Source: Euprymna scolopes
Lineage: Eukaryota
Assembly (NCBI GenBank): GCA_053919585.1
Contig: CM132828.1
DNA: 64,000 nucleotides
Strand: one strand, 5' to 3'
Shown here: in pieces, positions 26,801 through 41,300 of the stretch
How positions within the stretch are numbered: position 1 is the first letter of the stretch
Layout of the letters: each line of letters begins with the position of its first letter
The notes under the pieces: generated by a model
The model's database searches: none
Told to the model about the DNA's origin: nothing
What the model saw: only the letters and a program-made list of their open reading frames with translations
Program-made: the position numbers and the translations under genes

Positions 26801-29800
26801 CATTGATAAGTCTTTCACCAAAGATTTGTTTGATACAATCGATGACTTTCCTTGCTAGAGAGTCCCCATAGTTTGTGGATGAAATGTTACTTTGAATAGT
26901 AATCAATGATAGGGAGGTAATTCATACCGTCAAGTCGAAAATGTCGGTAGCTAAACTGTGGGCAATTGTCATTGATAAGTCTTTCACCAAAGATTTGTTT
27001 GATACAATCGATGACTTTCCTTACTAGAGAGTCCCCATAGTTTGTGGATGAAATGTTACTTTGAATAGTAATCAATGATAGGGAGGTAATTCATACCGTC
27101 AAGTCGAAAATGTCGGTAGCTAAACTGTGGGCAATTGTCATTGATAAGTCTTTCACCAAAGATTTGTTTGATACAATCGATGACTTTCCTTACTAGAGAG
27201 TCCCCATAGTTTGTGGATGAAATGTGACTTTGAATAGTAATCAATGATAGGGAGGTAATTCATACCGTCAAGTCGAAAATGTCGGTAGCTAAACTGTGGG
27301 CAATTGTCATTGATAAGTCTTTCACCAAAGATTTGTTTGATACAATCGATGACTTTCCTTACTAGAGAGTCCCCATAGTTTGTGGATGAAATGTTACTTT
27401 GAATAGTAATCAATGATAGGGAGGTAATTCATACCGTCAAGTCGAAAATGTCGGTAGCTAAACTGTGGGCAATTGTCATTGATAAGTCTTTCACCAAAGA
27501 TTTGTTTGATACAATCGATGACTTTCCTTACTAGAGAGTCCCCATAGTTTGTGGATGAAATGTTACTTTGAATAGTAATCAATGATAGGGAGGTAATTCA
27601 TACCGTCAAGTCGAAAATGTCGGTAGCTAAACTGTGGGCAATTGTCATTGATAAGTCTTTCACCAAAGATTTGTTTGATACAATCGATGACTTTCCTTAC
27701 TAGAGAGTCCCCATAGTTTGTGGATGAAATGTTACTTTGAATAGTAATCAATGATAGGGAGGTAATTCATACCGTCAAGTCGAAAATGTCGGTAGCTAAA
27801 CTGTGGGCAATTGTCATTGATAAGTCTTTCACCAAAGATTTGTTTGATACAATCGATGACTTTCCTTACTAGAGAGTCCCCATAGTTTGTGGATGAAATG
27901 TTACTTTGAATAGTAATCAATGATAGGGAGGTAATTCATACCGTCAAGTCGAAAATGTCGGTAGCTAAACTGTGGGCAATTGTCATTGATAAGTCTTTCA
28001 CCAAAGATTTGTTTGATACAATCGATGACTTTCCTTACTAGAGAGTCCCCATAGTTTGTGGATGAAATGTTACTTTGAATAGTAATCAATGATAGGGAGG
28101 TAATTCATACCGTCAAGTCGAAAATGTCGGTAGCTAAACTGTGGGCAATTGTCATTGATAAGTCTTTCACCAAAGATTTGTTTGATACAATCGATGACTT
28201 TCCTTACTAGAGAGTCCCCATAGTTTGTGGATGAAATGTTACTTTGAATAGTAATCAATGATAGGGAGGTAATTCATACCGTCAAGTCGAAAATGTCGGT
28301 AGCTAAACTGTGGGCAATTGTCATTGATAAGTCTTTCACCAAAGATTTGTTTGATACAATCGATGACTTTCCTTACTAGAGAGTGCCCATAGTTTGTGGA
28401 TGAAATGTTACTTTGAATAGTAATCAATGATAGGGAGGTAATTCATACCGTCAAGTCGAAAATGTCGGTAGCTAAACTGTGGGCAATTGTCATTGATAAG
28501 TCTTTCACCAAAGATTTGTTTGATACAATCGATGACTTTCCTTACTAGAGAGTCCCCATAGTTTGTGGATGAAATGTTACTTTGAATAGTAATCAATGAT
28601 AGGGAGGTAATTCATACCGTCAAGTCGAAAATGTCGGTAGCTAAACTGTGGGCAATTGTCATTGATAAGTCTTTCACCAAAGATTTGTTTGATACAATCG
28701 ATGACTTTCCTTACTAGAGTCCCCATAGTTTGTGGATGAAATGTTACTTTGAATAGTAATCAATGATAGGGAGGTAATTCATACCGTCAAGTCGAAAATG
28801 TCGGTAGCTAAACTGTGGGCAATTGTCATTGATAAGTCTTTCACCAAAGATTTGTTTGATACAATCGATGACTTTCCTTGCTAGAGAGTCCCCATAGTTT
28901 GTGGATGAAATGTTACTTTGAATAGTAATCAATGATAGGGAGGTAATTCATACCGTCAAGTCGAAAATGTCGGTAGCTAAACTGTGGGCAATTGTCATTG
29001 ATAAGTCTTTCACCAAAGATTTGTTTGATACAATCGATGACTTTCCTTACTAGAGAGTCCCCATAGTTTGTGGATGAAATGTTACTTTGAATAGTAATCA
29101 ATGATAGGGAGGTAATTCATACCGTCAAGTCGAAAATGTCGGTAGCTAAACTGTGGGCAATTGTCATTGATAAGTCTTTCACCAAAGATTTGTTTGATAC
29201 AATCGATGACTTTCCTTGCTAGAGAGTCCCCATAGTTTGTGGATGAAATGTTACTTTGAATAGTAATCAATGATAGGGAGGTAATTCATACCGTCAAGTC
29301 GAAAATGTCGGTAGCTAAACTGTGGGCAATTGTCATTGATAAGTCTTTCACCAAAGATTTGTTTGATACAATCGATGACTTTCCTTACTAGAGAGTCCCC
29401 ATAGTTTGTGGATGAAATGTTACTTTGAATAGTAATCAATGATAGGGAGGTAATTCATACCGTCAAGTCGAAAATGTCGGTAGCTAAACTGTGGGCAATT
29501 GTCATTGATAAGTCTTTCACCAAAGATTTGTTTGATACAATCGATGACTTTCCTTGCTAGAGAGTCCCCATAGTTTGTGGATGAAATGTTACTTTGAATA
29601 GTAATCAATGATAGGGAGGTAATTCATACCGTCAAGTCGAAAATGTCGGTAGCTAAACTGTGGGCAATTGTCATTGATAAGTCTTTCACCAAAGATTTGT
29701 TTGATACAATCGATGACTTTCCTTACTAGAGAGTCCCCATAGTTTGTGGATGAAATGTTACTTTGAATAGTAATCAATGATAGGGAGGTAATTCATACCG

Positions 29801-32800
29801 TCAAGTCGAAAATGTCGGTAGCTAAACTGTGGGCAATTGTCATTGATAAGTCTTTCACCAAAGATTTGTTTGATACAATCGATGACTTTCCTTGCTAGAG
29901 AGTCCCCATAGTTTGTGGATGAAATGTTACTTTGAATAGTAATCAATGATAGGGAGGTAATTCATACCGTCAAGTCGAAAATGTCGGTAGCTAAACTGTG
30001 GGCAATTGTCATTGATAAGTCTTTCACCAAAGATTTGTTTGATACAATCGATGACTTTCCTTACTAGAGAGTCCCCATATTTTGTGGATGAAATGTTACT
30101 TTGAATAGTAATCAATGATAGGGAGGTAATTCATACCGTCAAGTCGAAAATGTCGGTAGCTAAACTGTGGGCAATTGTCATTGATAAGTCTTTCACCAAA
30201 GATTTGTTTGATACAATCGATGACTTTCCTTGCTAGAGAGTCCCCATAGTTTGTGGATGAAATGTTACTTTGAATAGTAATCAATGATAGGGAGGTAATT
30301 CATACCGTCAAGTCGAAAATGTCGGTAGCTAAACTGTGGGCAATTGTCATTGATAAGTCTTTCACCAAAGATTTGTTTGATACAATCGATGACTTTCCTT
30401 ACTAGAGAGTCCCCATAGTTTGTGGATGAAATGTTACTTTGAATAGTAATCAATGATAGGGAGGTAATTCATACCGTCAAGTCGAAAATGTCGGTAGCTA
30501 AACTGTGGGCAATTGTCATTGATAAGTCTTTCACCAAAGATTTGTTTGATACAATCGATGACTTTCCTTGCTAGAGAGTCCCCATAGTTTGTGGATGAAA
30601 TGTTACTTTGAATAGTAATCAATGATAGGGAGGTAATTCATACCGTCAAGTCGAAAATGTCGGTAGCTAAACTGTGGGCAATTGTCATTGATAAGTCTTT
30701 CACCAAAGATTTGTTTGATACAATCGATGACTTTCCTTGCTAGAGAGTCCCCATAGTTTGTGGATGAAATGTTACTTTGAATAGTAATCAATGATAGGGA
30801 GGTAATTCATACCGTCAAGTCGAAAATGTCGGTAGCTAAACTGTGGGCAATTGTCATTGATAAGTCTTTCACCAAAGATTTGTTTGATACAATCGATGAC
30901 TTTCCTTACTAGAGTCCCCATAGTTTGTGGATGAAATGTTACTTTGAATAGTAATCAATGATAGGGAGGTAATTCATACCGTCAAGTCGAAAATGCTGGT
31001 AGCTAAACTGTGGGCAATTGTCATTGATAAGTCTTTCACCAAAGATTTGTTTGATACAATCGATGACTTTCCTTACTAGAGTCCCCATAGTTTGTGGATG
31101 AAATGTTACTTTGAATAGTAATCAATGATAGGGAGGTAATTCATACCGTCAAGTCGAAAATGTCGGTAGCTAAACTGTGGGCAATTGTCATTGATAAGTC
31201 TTTCACCAAAGATTTGTTTGATACAATCGATGACTTTCCTTACTAGAGAGTCCCCATAGTTTGTGGATGAAATGTTACTTTGAATAGTAATCAATGATAG
31301 GGAGGTAATTCATACCGTCAAGTCGAAAATGTCGGTAGCTAAACTGTGGGCAATTGTCATTGATAAGTCTTTCACCAAAGATTTGTTTGATACAATCGAT
31401 GACTTTCCTTACTAGAGAGTCCCCATAGTTTGTGGATGAAATGTTACTTTGAATAGTAATCAATGATAGGGAGGTAATTCATACCGTCAAGTCGAAAATG
31501 TCGGTAGCTAAACTGTGGGCAATTGTCATTGATAAGTCTTTCACCAAAGATTTGTTTGATACAATCGATGACTTTCCTTACTAGAGAGTCCCCATAGTTT
31601 GTGGATGAAATGTTACTTTGAATAGTAATCAATGATAGGGAGGTAATTCATACCGTCAAGTCGAAAATGTCGGTAGCTAAACTGTGGGCAATTGTCATTG
31701 ATAAGTCTTTCACCAAAGATTTGTTTGATACAATCGATGACTTTCCTTACTAGAGAGTCCCCATAGTTTGTGGATGAAATGTTACTTTGAATAGTAATCA
31801 ATGATAGGGAGGTAATTCATACCGTCAAGTCGAAAATGTCGGTAGCTAAACTGTGGGCAATTGTCATTGATAAGTCTTTCACCAAAGATTTGTTTGATAC
31901 AATCGATGACTTTCCTTACTAGAGAGTCCCCATAGTTTGTGGATGAAATGTTACTTTGAATAGTAATCAATGATAGGGATGTAATTCATACCGTCAAGTC
32001 GAAAATGTCGGTAGCTAAACTGTGGGCAATTGTCATTGATAAGTCTTTCACCAAAGATTTGTTTGATACAATCGATGACTTTCCTTACTAGAGTCCCCAT
32101 AGTTTGTGGATGAAATGTTACTTTGAATAGTAATCAATGATAGGGAGGTAATTCATACCGTCAAGTCGAAAATGTCGGTAGCTAAACTGTGGGCAATTGT
32201 CATTGATAAGTCTTTCACCAAAGATTTGTTTGATACAATCGATGACTTTCCTTACTAGAGAGTCCCCATAGTTTGTGGATGAAATGTTACTTTGAATAGT
32301 AATCAATGATAGGGAGGTAATTCATACCGTCAAGTCGAAAATGTCGGTAGCTAAACTGTGGGCAATTGTCATTGATAAGTCTTTCACCAAAGATTTGTTT
32401 GATACAATCGATGACTTTCCTTACTAGAGAGTCCCCATAGTTTGTGGATGAAATGTTACTTTGAATAGTAATCAATGATAGGGAGGTAATTCATACCGTC
32501 AAGTCGAAAATGTCGGTAGCTAAACTGTGGGCAATTGTCATTGATAAGTCTTTCACCAAAGATTTGTTTGATACAATCGATGACTTTCCTTACTAGAGAG
32601 TCCCCATAGTTTGTGGATGAAATGTTACTTTGAATAGTAATCAATGATAGGGAGGTAATTCATACCGTCAAGTCGAAAATGTCGGTAGCTAAACTGTGGG
32701 CAATTGTCATTGATAAGTCTTTCACCAAAGATTTGTTTGATACAATCGATGACTTTCCTTACTAGAGAGTCCCCATAGTTTGTGGATGAAATGTTACTTT

Positions 32801-35800
32801 GAATAGTAATCAATGATAGGGAGGTAATTCATACCGTCAAGTCGAAAATGTCGGTAGCTAAACTGTGGGCAATTGTCATTGATAAGTCTTTCACCAAAGA
32901 TTTGTTTGATACAATCGATGACTTTCCTTACTAGAGAGTCCCCATAGTTTGTGGATGAAATGTTACTTTGAATAGTAATCAATGATAGGGAGGTAATTCA
33001 TACCGTCAAGTCGAAAATGTCGGTAGCTAAACTGTGGGCAATTGTCATTGATAAGTCTTTCACCAAAGATTTGTTTGATACAATCGATGACTTTCCTTAC
33101 TAGAGAGTCCCCATAGTTTGTGGATGAAAGGTTACTTTGAATAGTAATCAATGATAGAGAGGTAATTCATACCGTCAAGTCGAAAATGTCGGTAGCTAAA
33201 CTGTGGGCAATTGTCATTGATAAGTCTTTCACCAAAGATTTGTTTGATACAATCGATGACTTTCCTTACTAGAGAGTCCCCATAGTTTGTGGATGAAATG
33301 TTACTTTGAATAGTAATCAATGATAGGGAGGTAATTCATACCGTCAAGTCGAAAATGTCGGTAGCTAAACTGTGGGCAATTGTCATTGATAAGTCTTTCA
33401 CCAAAGATTTGTTTGATACAATCGATGACTTTCCTTACTAGAGAGTCCCCATAGTTTGTGGATGAAATGTTACTTTGAATAGTAATCAATGATAGGGAGG
33501 TAATTCATACCGTCAAGTCGAAAATGTCGGTAGCTAAACTGTGGGCAATTGTCATTGATAAGTCTTTCACCAAAGATTTGTTTGATACAATCGATGACTT
33601 TCCTTACTAGAGAGTCCCCATAGTTTGTGGATGAAATGTGACTTTGAATAGTAATCAATGATAGGGAGGTAATTCATACCGTCAAGTCGAAAATGTCGGT
33701 AGCTAAACTGTGGGCAATTGTCATTGATAAGTCTTTCACCAAAGATTTGTTTGATACAATCGATGACTTTCCTTGCTAGAGAGTCCCCATAGTTTGTGGA
33801 TGAAATGTTACTTTGAATAGTAATCAATGATAGGGAGGTAATTCATACCGTCAAGTCGAAAATGTCGGTAGCTAAACTGTGGGCAATTGTCATTGATAAG
33901 TCTTTCACCAAAGATTTGTTTGATACAATCGATGACTTTCCTTACTAGAGAGTCCCCATAGTTTGTGGATGAAATGTTACTTTGAATAGTAATCAATGAT
34001 AGGGAGGTAATTCATACCGTCAAGTCGAAAATGTCGGTAGCTAAACTGTGGGCAATTGTCATTGATAAGTCTTTCACCAAAGATTTGTTTGATACAATCG
34101 ATGACTTTCCTTGCTAGAGAGTCCCCATAGTTTGTGGATGAAATGTTACTTTGAATAGTAATCAATGATAGGGAGGTAATTCATACCGTCAAGTCGAAAA
34201 TGTCGGTAGCTAAACTGTGGGCAATTGTCATTGATAAGTCTTTCACCAAAGATTTGTTTGATACAATCGATGACTTTCCTTACTAGAGAGTCCCCATAGT
34301 TTGTGGATGAAATGTTACTTTGAATAGTAATCAATGATAGGGAGGTAATTCATACCGTCAAGTCGAAAATGTCGGTAGCTAAACTGTGGGCAATTGTCAT
34401 TGATAAGTCTTTCACCAAAGATTTGTTTGATACAATCGATGACTTTCCTTGCTAGAGAGTCCCCATAGTTTGTGGATGAAATGTTACTTTGAATAGTAAT
34501 CAATGATAGGGAGGTAATTCATACCGTCAAGTCGAAAATGTCGGTAGCTAAACTGTGGGCAATTGTCATTGATAAGTCTTTCACCAAAGATTTGTTTGAT
34601 ACAATCGATGACTTTCCTTACTAGAGAGTCCCCATAGTTTGTGGATGAAATGTTACTTTGAATAGTAATCAATGATAGGGAGGTAATTCATACCGTCAAG
34701 TCGAAAATGTCGGTAGCTAAACTGTGGGCAATTGTCATTGATAAGTCTTTCACCAAAGATTTGTTTGATACAATCGATGACTTTCCTTGCTAGAGAGTCC
34801 CCATAGTTTGTGGATGAAATGTTACTTTGAATAGTAATCAATGATAGGGAGGTAATTCATACCGTCAAGTCGAAAATGTCGGTAGCTAAACTGTGGGCAA
34901 TTGTCATTGATAAGTCTTTCACCAAAGATTTGTTTGATACAATCGATGACTTTCCTTACTAGAGAGTCCCCATATTTTGTGGATGAAATGTTACTTTGAA
35001 TAGTAATCAATGATAGGGAGGTAATTCATACCGTCAAGTCGAAAATGTCGGTAGCTAAACTGTGGGCAATTGTCATTGATAAGTCTTTCACCAAAGATTT
35101 GTTTGATACAATCGATGACTTTCCTTGCTAGAGAGTCCCCATAGTTTGTGGATGAAATGTTACTTTGAATAGTAATCAATGATAGGGAGGTAATTCATAC
35201 CGTCAAGTCGAAAATGTCGGTAGCTAAACTGTGGGCAATTGTCATTGATAAGTCTTTCACCAAAGATTTGTTTGATACAATCGATGACTTTCCTTACTAG
35301 AGAGTCCCCATAGTTTGTGGATGAAATGTTACTTTGAATAGTAATCAATGATAGGGAGGTAATTCATACCGTCAAGTCGAAAATGTCGGTAGCTAAACTG
35401 TGGGCAATTGTCATTGATAAGTCTTTCACCAAAGATTTGTTTGATACAATCGATGACTTTCCTTGCTAGAGAGTCCCCATAGTTTGTGGATGAAATGTTA
35501 CTTTGAATAGTAATCAATGATAGGGAGGTAATTCATACCGTCAAGTCGAAAATGTCGGTAGCTAAACTGTGGGCAATTGTCATTGATAAGTCTTTCACCA
35601 AAGATTTGTTTGATACAATCGATGACTTTCCTTGCTAGAGAGTCCCCATAGTTTGTGGATGAAATGTTACTTTGAATAGTAATCAATGATAGGGAGGTAA
35701 TTCATACCGTCAAGTCGAAAATGTCGGTAGCTAAACTGTGGGCAATTGTCATTGATAAGTCTTTCACCAAAGATTTGTTTGATACAATCGATGACTTTCC

Positions 35801-38800
35801 TTACTAGAGTCCCCATAGTTTGTGGATGAAATGTTACTTTGAATAGTAATCAATGATAGGGAGGTAATTCATACCGTCAAGTCGAAAATGCTGGTAGCTA
35901 AACTGTGGGCAATTGTCATTGATAAGTTTTTCACCAAAGATTTGTTTGATACAATCGATGACTTTCCTTACTAGAGTCCCCATAGTTTGTGGATGAAATG
36001 TTACTTTGAATAGTAATCAATGATAGGGAGGTAATTCATACCGTCAAGTCGAAAATGTCGGTAGCTAAACTGTGGGCAATTGTCATTGATAAGTCTTTCA
36101 CCAAAGATTTGTTTGATACAATCGATGACTTTCCTTACTAGAGAGTCCCCATAGTTTGTGGATGAAATGTTACTTTGAATAGTAATCAATGATAGGGAGG
36201 TAATTCATACCGTCAAGTCGAAAATGTCGGTAGCTAAACTGTGGGCAATTGTCATTGATAAGTCTTTCACCAAAGATTTGTTTGATACAATCGATGACTT
36301 TCCTTACTAGAGAGTCCCCATAGTTTGTGGATGAAATGTTACTTTGAATAGTAATCAATGATAGGGAGGTAATTCATACCGTCAAGTCGAAAATGTCGGT
36401 AGCTAAACTGTGGGCAATTGTCATTGATAAGTCTTTCACCAAAGATTTGTTTGATACAATCGATGACTTTCCTTACTAGAGAGTCCCCATAGTTTGTGGA
36501 TGAAATGTTACTTTGAATAGTAATCAATGATAGGGAGGTAATTCATACCGTCAAGTCGAAAATGTCGGTAGCTAAACTGTGGGCAATTGTCATTGATAAG
36601 TCTTTCACCAAAGATTTGTTTGATACAATCGATGACTTTCCTTACTAGAGAGTCCCCATAGTTTGTGGATGAAATGTTACTTTGAATAGTAATCAATGAT
36701 AGGGAGGTAATTCATACCGTCAAGTCGAAAATGTCGGTAGCTAAACTGTGGGCAATTGTCATTGATAAGTCTTTCACCAAAGATTTGTTTGATACAATCG
36801 ATGACTTTCCTTACTAGAGAGTCCCCATAGTTTGTGGATGAAATGTTACTTTGAATAGTAATCAATGATAGGGATGTAATTCATACCGTCAAGTCGAAAA
36901 TGTCGGTAGCTAAACTGTGGGCAATTGTCATTGATAAGTCTTTCACCAAAGATTTGTTTGATACAATCGATGACTTTCCTTACTAGAGTCCCCATAGTTT
37001 GTGGATGAAATGTTACTTTGAATAGTAATCAATGATAGGGAGGTAATTCATACCGTCAAGTCGAAAATGTCGGTAGCTAAACTGTGGGCAATTGTCATTG
37101 ATAAGTCTTTCACCAAAGATTTGTTTGATACAATCGATGACTTTCCTTACTAGAGAGTCCCCATAGTTTGTGGATGAAATGTTACTTTGAATAGTAATCA
37201 ATGATAGGGAGGTAATTCATACCGTCAAGTCGAAAATGTCGGTAGCTAAACTGTGGGCAATTGTCATTGATAAGTCTTTCACCAAAGATTTGTTTGATAC
37301 AATCGATGACTTTCCTTACTAGAGAGTCCCCATAGTTTGTGGATGAAATGTTACTTTGAATAGTAATCAATGATAGGGAGGTAATTCATACCGTCAAGTC
37401 GAAAATGTCGGTAGCTAAACTGTGGGCAATTGTCATTGATAAGTCTTTCACCAAAGATTTGTTTGATACAATCGATGACTTTCCTTACTAGAGAGTCCCC
37501 ATAGTTTGTGGATGAAATGTTACTTTGAATAGTAATCAATGATAGGGAGGTAATTCATACCGTCAAGTCGAAAATGTCGGTAGCTAAACTGTGGGCAATT
37601 GTCATTGATAAGTCTTTCACCAAAGATTTGTTTGATACAATCGATGACTTTCCTTACTAGAGAGTCCCCATAGTTTGTGGATGAAATGTTACTTTGAATA
37701 GTAATCAATGATAGGGAGGTAATTCATACCGTCAAGTCGAAAATGTCGGTAGCTAAACTGTGGGCAATTGTCATTGATAAGTCTTTCACCAAAGATTTGT
37801 TTGATACAATCGATGACTTTCCTTACTAGAGAGTCCCCATAGTTTGTGGATGAAATGTTACTTTGAATAGTAATCAATGATAGGGATGTAATTCATACCG
37901 TCAAGTCGAAAATGTCGGTAGCTAAACTGTGGGCAATTGTCATTGATAAGTCTTTCACCAAAGATTTGTTTGATACAATCGATGACTTTCCTTACTAGAG
38001 TCCCCATAGTTTGTGGATGAAATGTTACTTTGAATAGTAATCAATGATAGGGAGGTAATTCATACCGTCAAGTCGAAAATGTCGGTAGCTAAACTGTGGG
38101 CAATTGTCATTGATAAGTCTTTCACCAAAGATTTGTTTGATACAATCGATGACTTTCCTTACTAGAGAGTCCCCATAGTTTGTGGATGAAATGTTACTTT
38201 GAATAGTAATCAATGATAGGGAGGTAATTCATACCGTCAAGTCGAAAATGTCGGTAGCTAAACTGTGGGCAATTGTCATTGATAAGTCTTTCACCAAAGA
38301 TTTGTTTGATACAATCGATGACTTTCCTTACTAGAGAGTCCCCATAGTTTGTGGATGAAATGTTACTTTGAATAGTAATCAATGATAGGGAGGTAATTCA
38401 TACCGTCAAGTCGAAAATGTCGGTAGCTAAACTGTGGGCAATTGTCATTGATAAGTCTTTCACCAAAGATTTGTTTGATACAATCGATGACTTTCCTTAC
38501 TAGAGTCCCCATAGTTTGTGGATGAAATGTTACTTTGAATAGTAATCAATGATAGGGAGGTAATTCATACCGTCAAGTCGAAAATGTCGGTAGCTAAACT
38601 GTGGGCAATTGTCATTGATAAGTCTTTCACCAAAGATTTGTTTGATACAATCGATGACTTTCCTTACTAGAGAGTCCCCATAGTTTGTGGATGAAATGTT
38701 ACTTTGAATAGTAATCAATGATAGGGAGGTAATTCATACCGTCAAGTCGAAAATGTCGGTAGCTAAACTGTGGGCAATTGTCATTGATAAGTCTTTCACC

Positions 38801-41300
38801 AAAGATTTGTTTGATACAATCGATGACTTTCCTTACTAGAGAGTCCCCATAGTTTGTGGATGAAATGTTACTTTGAATAGTAATCAATGATAGGGAGGTA
38901 ATTCATACCGTCAAGTCGAAAATGTCGGTAGCTAAACTGTGGGCAATTGTCATTGATAAGTCTTTCACCAAAGATTTGTTTGATACAATCGATGACTTTC
39001 CTTACTAGAGAGTCCCCATAGTTTGTGGATGAAAGGTTACTTTGAATAGTAATCAATGATAGAGAGGTAATTCATACCGTCAAGTCGAAAATGTCGGTAG
39101 CTAAACTGTGGGCAATTGTCATTGATAAGTCTTTCACCAAAGATTTGTTTGATACAATCGATGACTTTCCTTACTAGAGAGTCCCCATAGTTTGTGGATG
39201 AAATGTTACTTTGAATAGTAATCAATGATAGGGAGGTAATTCATACCGTCAAGTCGAAAATGTCGGTAGCTAAACTGTGGGCAATTGTCATTGATAAGTC
39301 TTTCACCAAAGATTTGTTTGATACAATCGATGACTTTCCTTACTAGAGAGTCCCCATAGTTTGTGGATGAAATGTTACTTTGAATAGTAATCAATGATAG
39401 GGAGGTAATTCATACCGTCAAGTCGAAAATGTCGGTAGCTAAACTGTGGGCAATTGTCATTGATAAGTCTTTCACCAAAGATTTGTTTGATACAATCGAT
39501 GACTTTCCTTACTAGAGAGTCCCCATAGTTTGTGGATGAAATGTGACTTTGAATAGTAATCAATGATAGGGAGGTAATTCATACCGTCAAGTCGAAAATG
39601 TCGGTAGCTAAACTGTGGGCAATTGTCATTGATAAGTCTTTCACCAAAGATTTGTTTGATACAATCGATGACTTTCCTTGCTAGAGAGTCCCCATAGTTT
39701 GTGGATGAAATGTTACTTTGAATAGTAATCAATGATAGGGAGGTAATTCATACCGTCAAGTCGAAAATGTCGGTAGCTAAACTGTGGGCAATTGTCATTG
39801 ATAAGTCTTTCACCAAAGATTTGTTTGATACAATCGATGACTTTCCTTACTAGAGAGTCCCCATAGTTTGTGGATGAAATGTTACTTTGAATAGTAATCA
39901 ATGATAGGGAGGTAATTCATACCGTCAAGTCGAAAATGTCGGTAGCTAAACTGTGGGCAATTGTCATTGATAAGTCTTTCACCAAAGATTTGTTTGATAC
40001 AATCGATGACTTTCCTTACTAGAGAGTCCCCATAGTTTGTGGATGAAATGTTACCTTTAATAGTAATCAATGATAGGGAGGTAATTCATACCGTCAAGTC
40101 GAAAATGTCGGTAGCTAAACTGTGGGCAATTGTCATTGATAAGTCTTTCACCAAAGATTTGTTTGATACAATCGATGACTTTCCTTACTAGAGAGTCTCC
40201 ATAGTTTGTGGATGAAATGTTACTTTGAATAGTAATCAATGATAGGGAGGTAATTCATACCGTCAAGTCGAAAATGTCGGTAGCTAAACTGTGGGCAATT
40301 GTCATTGATAAGTCTTTCACCAAAGATTTGTTTGATACAATCGATGACTTTCCTTACTAGAGAGTCCCCATAGTTTGTGGATGAAAGGTTACTTTGAATA
40401 GTAATCAATGATAGGGAGGTAATTCATACCGTCAAGTCGAAAATGTCGGTAGCTAAACTGTGGGCAATTGTCATTGATAAGTCTTTCACCAAAGATTTGT
40501 TTGATACAATCGATGGCTTTCCTTACTAGAGAGTCCCCATAGTTTGTGGATGAAATGTTACTTTGAATAGTAATCAATGATAGGGAGGTAATTCATACCG
40601 TCAAGTCGAAAATGTCGGTAGCTAAACTGTGGGCAATTGTCATTGATAAGTCTTTCACCAAAGATTTGTTTGATACAATCGATGACTTTCCTTACTAGAG
40701 AGTCCCCATAGTTTGTGGATGAAATGTTACTTTGAATAGTAATCAATGATAGGGAGGTAATTCATACCGTCAAGTCGAAAATGTCGGTAGCTAAACTGTG
40801 GGCAATTGTCATTGATAAGTCTTTCACCAAAGATTTGTTTGATACAATCGATGACTTTCCTTACTAGAGAGTCCCCATAGTTTGTGGATGAAATGTTACT
40901 TTGAATAGTAATCAATGATAGGGAGGTAATTCATACCGTCAAGTCGAAAATGTCGGTAGCTAAACTGTGGGCAATTGTCATTGATAAGTCTTTCACCAAA
41001 GATTTGTTTGATACAATCGATGACTTTCCTTACTAGAGAGTCCCCATAGTTTGTGGATGAAATGTTACTTTGAATAGTAATCAATGATAGGGAGGTAATT
41101 CATACCGTCAAGTCGAAAATGTCGGTAGCTAAACTGTGGGCAATTGTCATTGATAAGTCTTTCACCAAAGATTTGTTTGATACAATCGATGACTTTCCTT
41201 ACTAGAGAGTCCCCATAGTTTGTGGATGAAAGGTTACTTTGAATAGTAATCAATGATAGGGAGGTAATTCATACCGTCAAGTCGAAAATGTCGGTAGCTA
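5858..41300. repeat. Integrase-derived satellite: 210 tandem copies of a 169-bp unit
   Basis: Unit spacing from the ORF track gives 183x169 + 25x167 + 1x170 + 1x166 = 35438 bp, plus a terminal AGCTA. Most units differ from consensus by 0-2 positions. Unit encodes broken ATDIF/LDGMNYLPIIDYYSK/KVIDCIKQIFG/INDNCPQF. Confidence 0.98.

Noticed and set aside
5965-41253. ~180 near-identical 62-aa ORFs as a tandem gene family
   Set aside because: They are products of the 169-bp period: they overlap each other, start at TTG, join two integrase frames, and are broken in the 167-bp units
5858-41300. CRISPR-like array
   Set aside because: No unique spacers, the units are contiguous and near-identical, the context is eukaryotic and there are no cas genes
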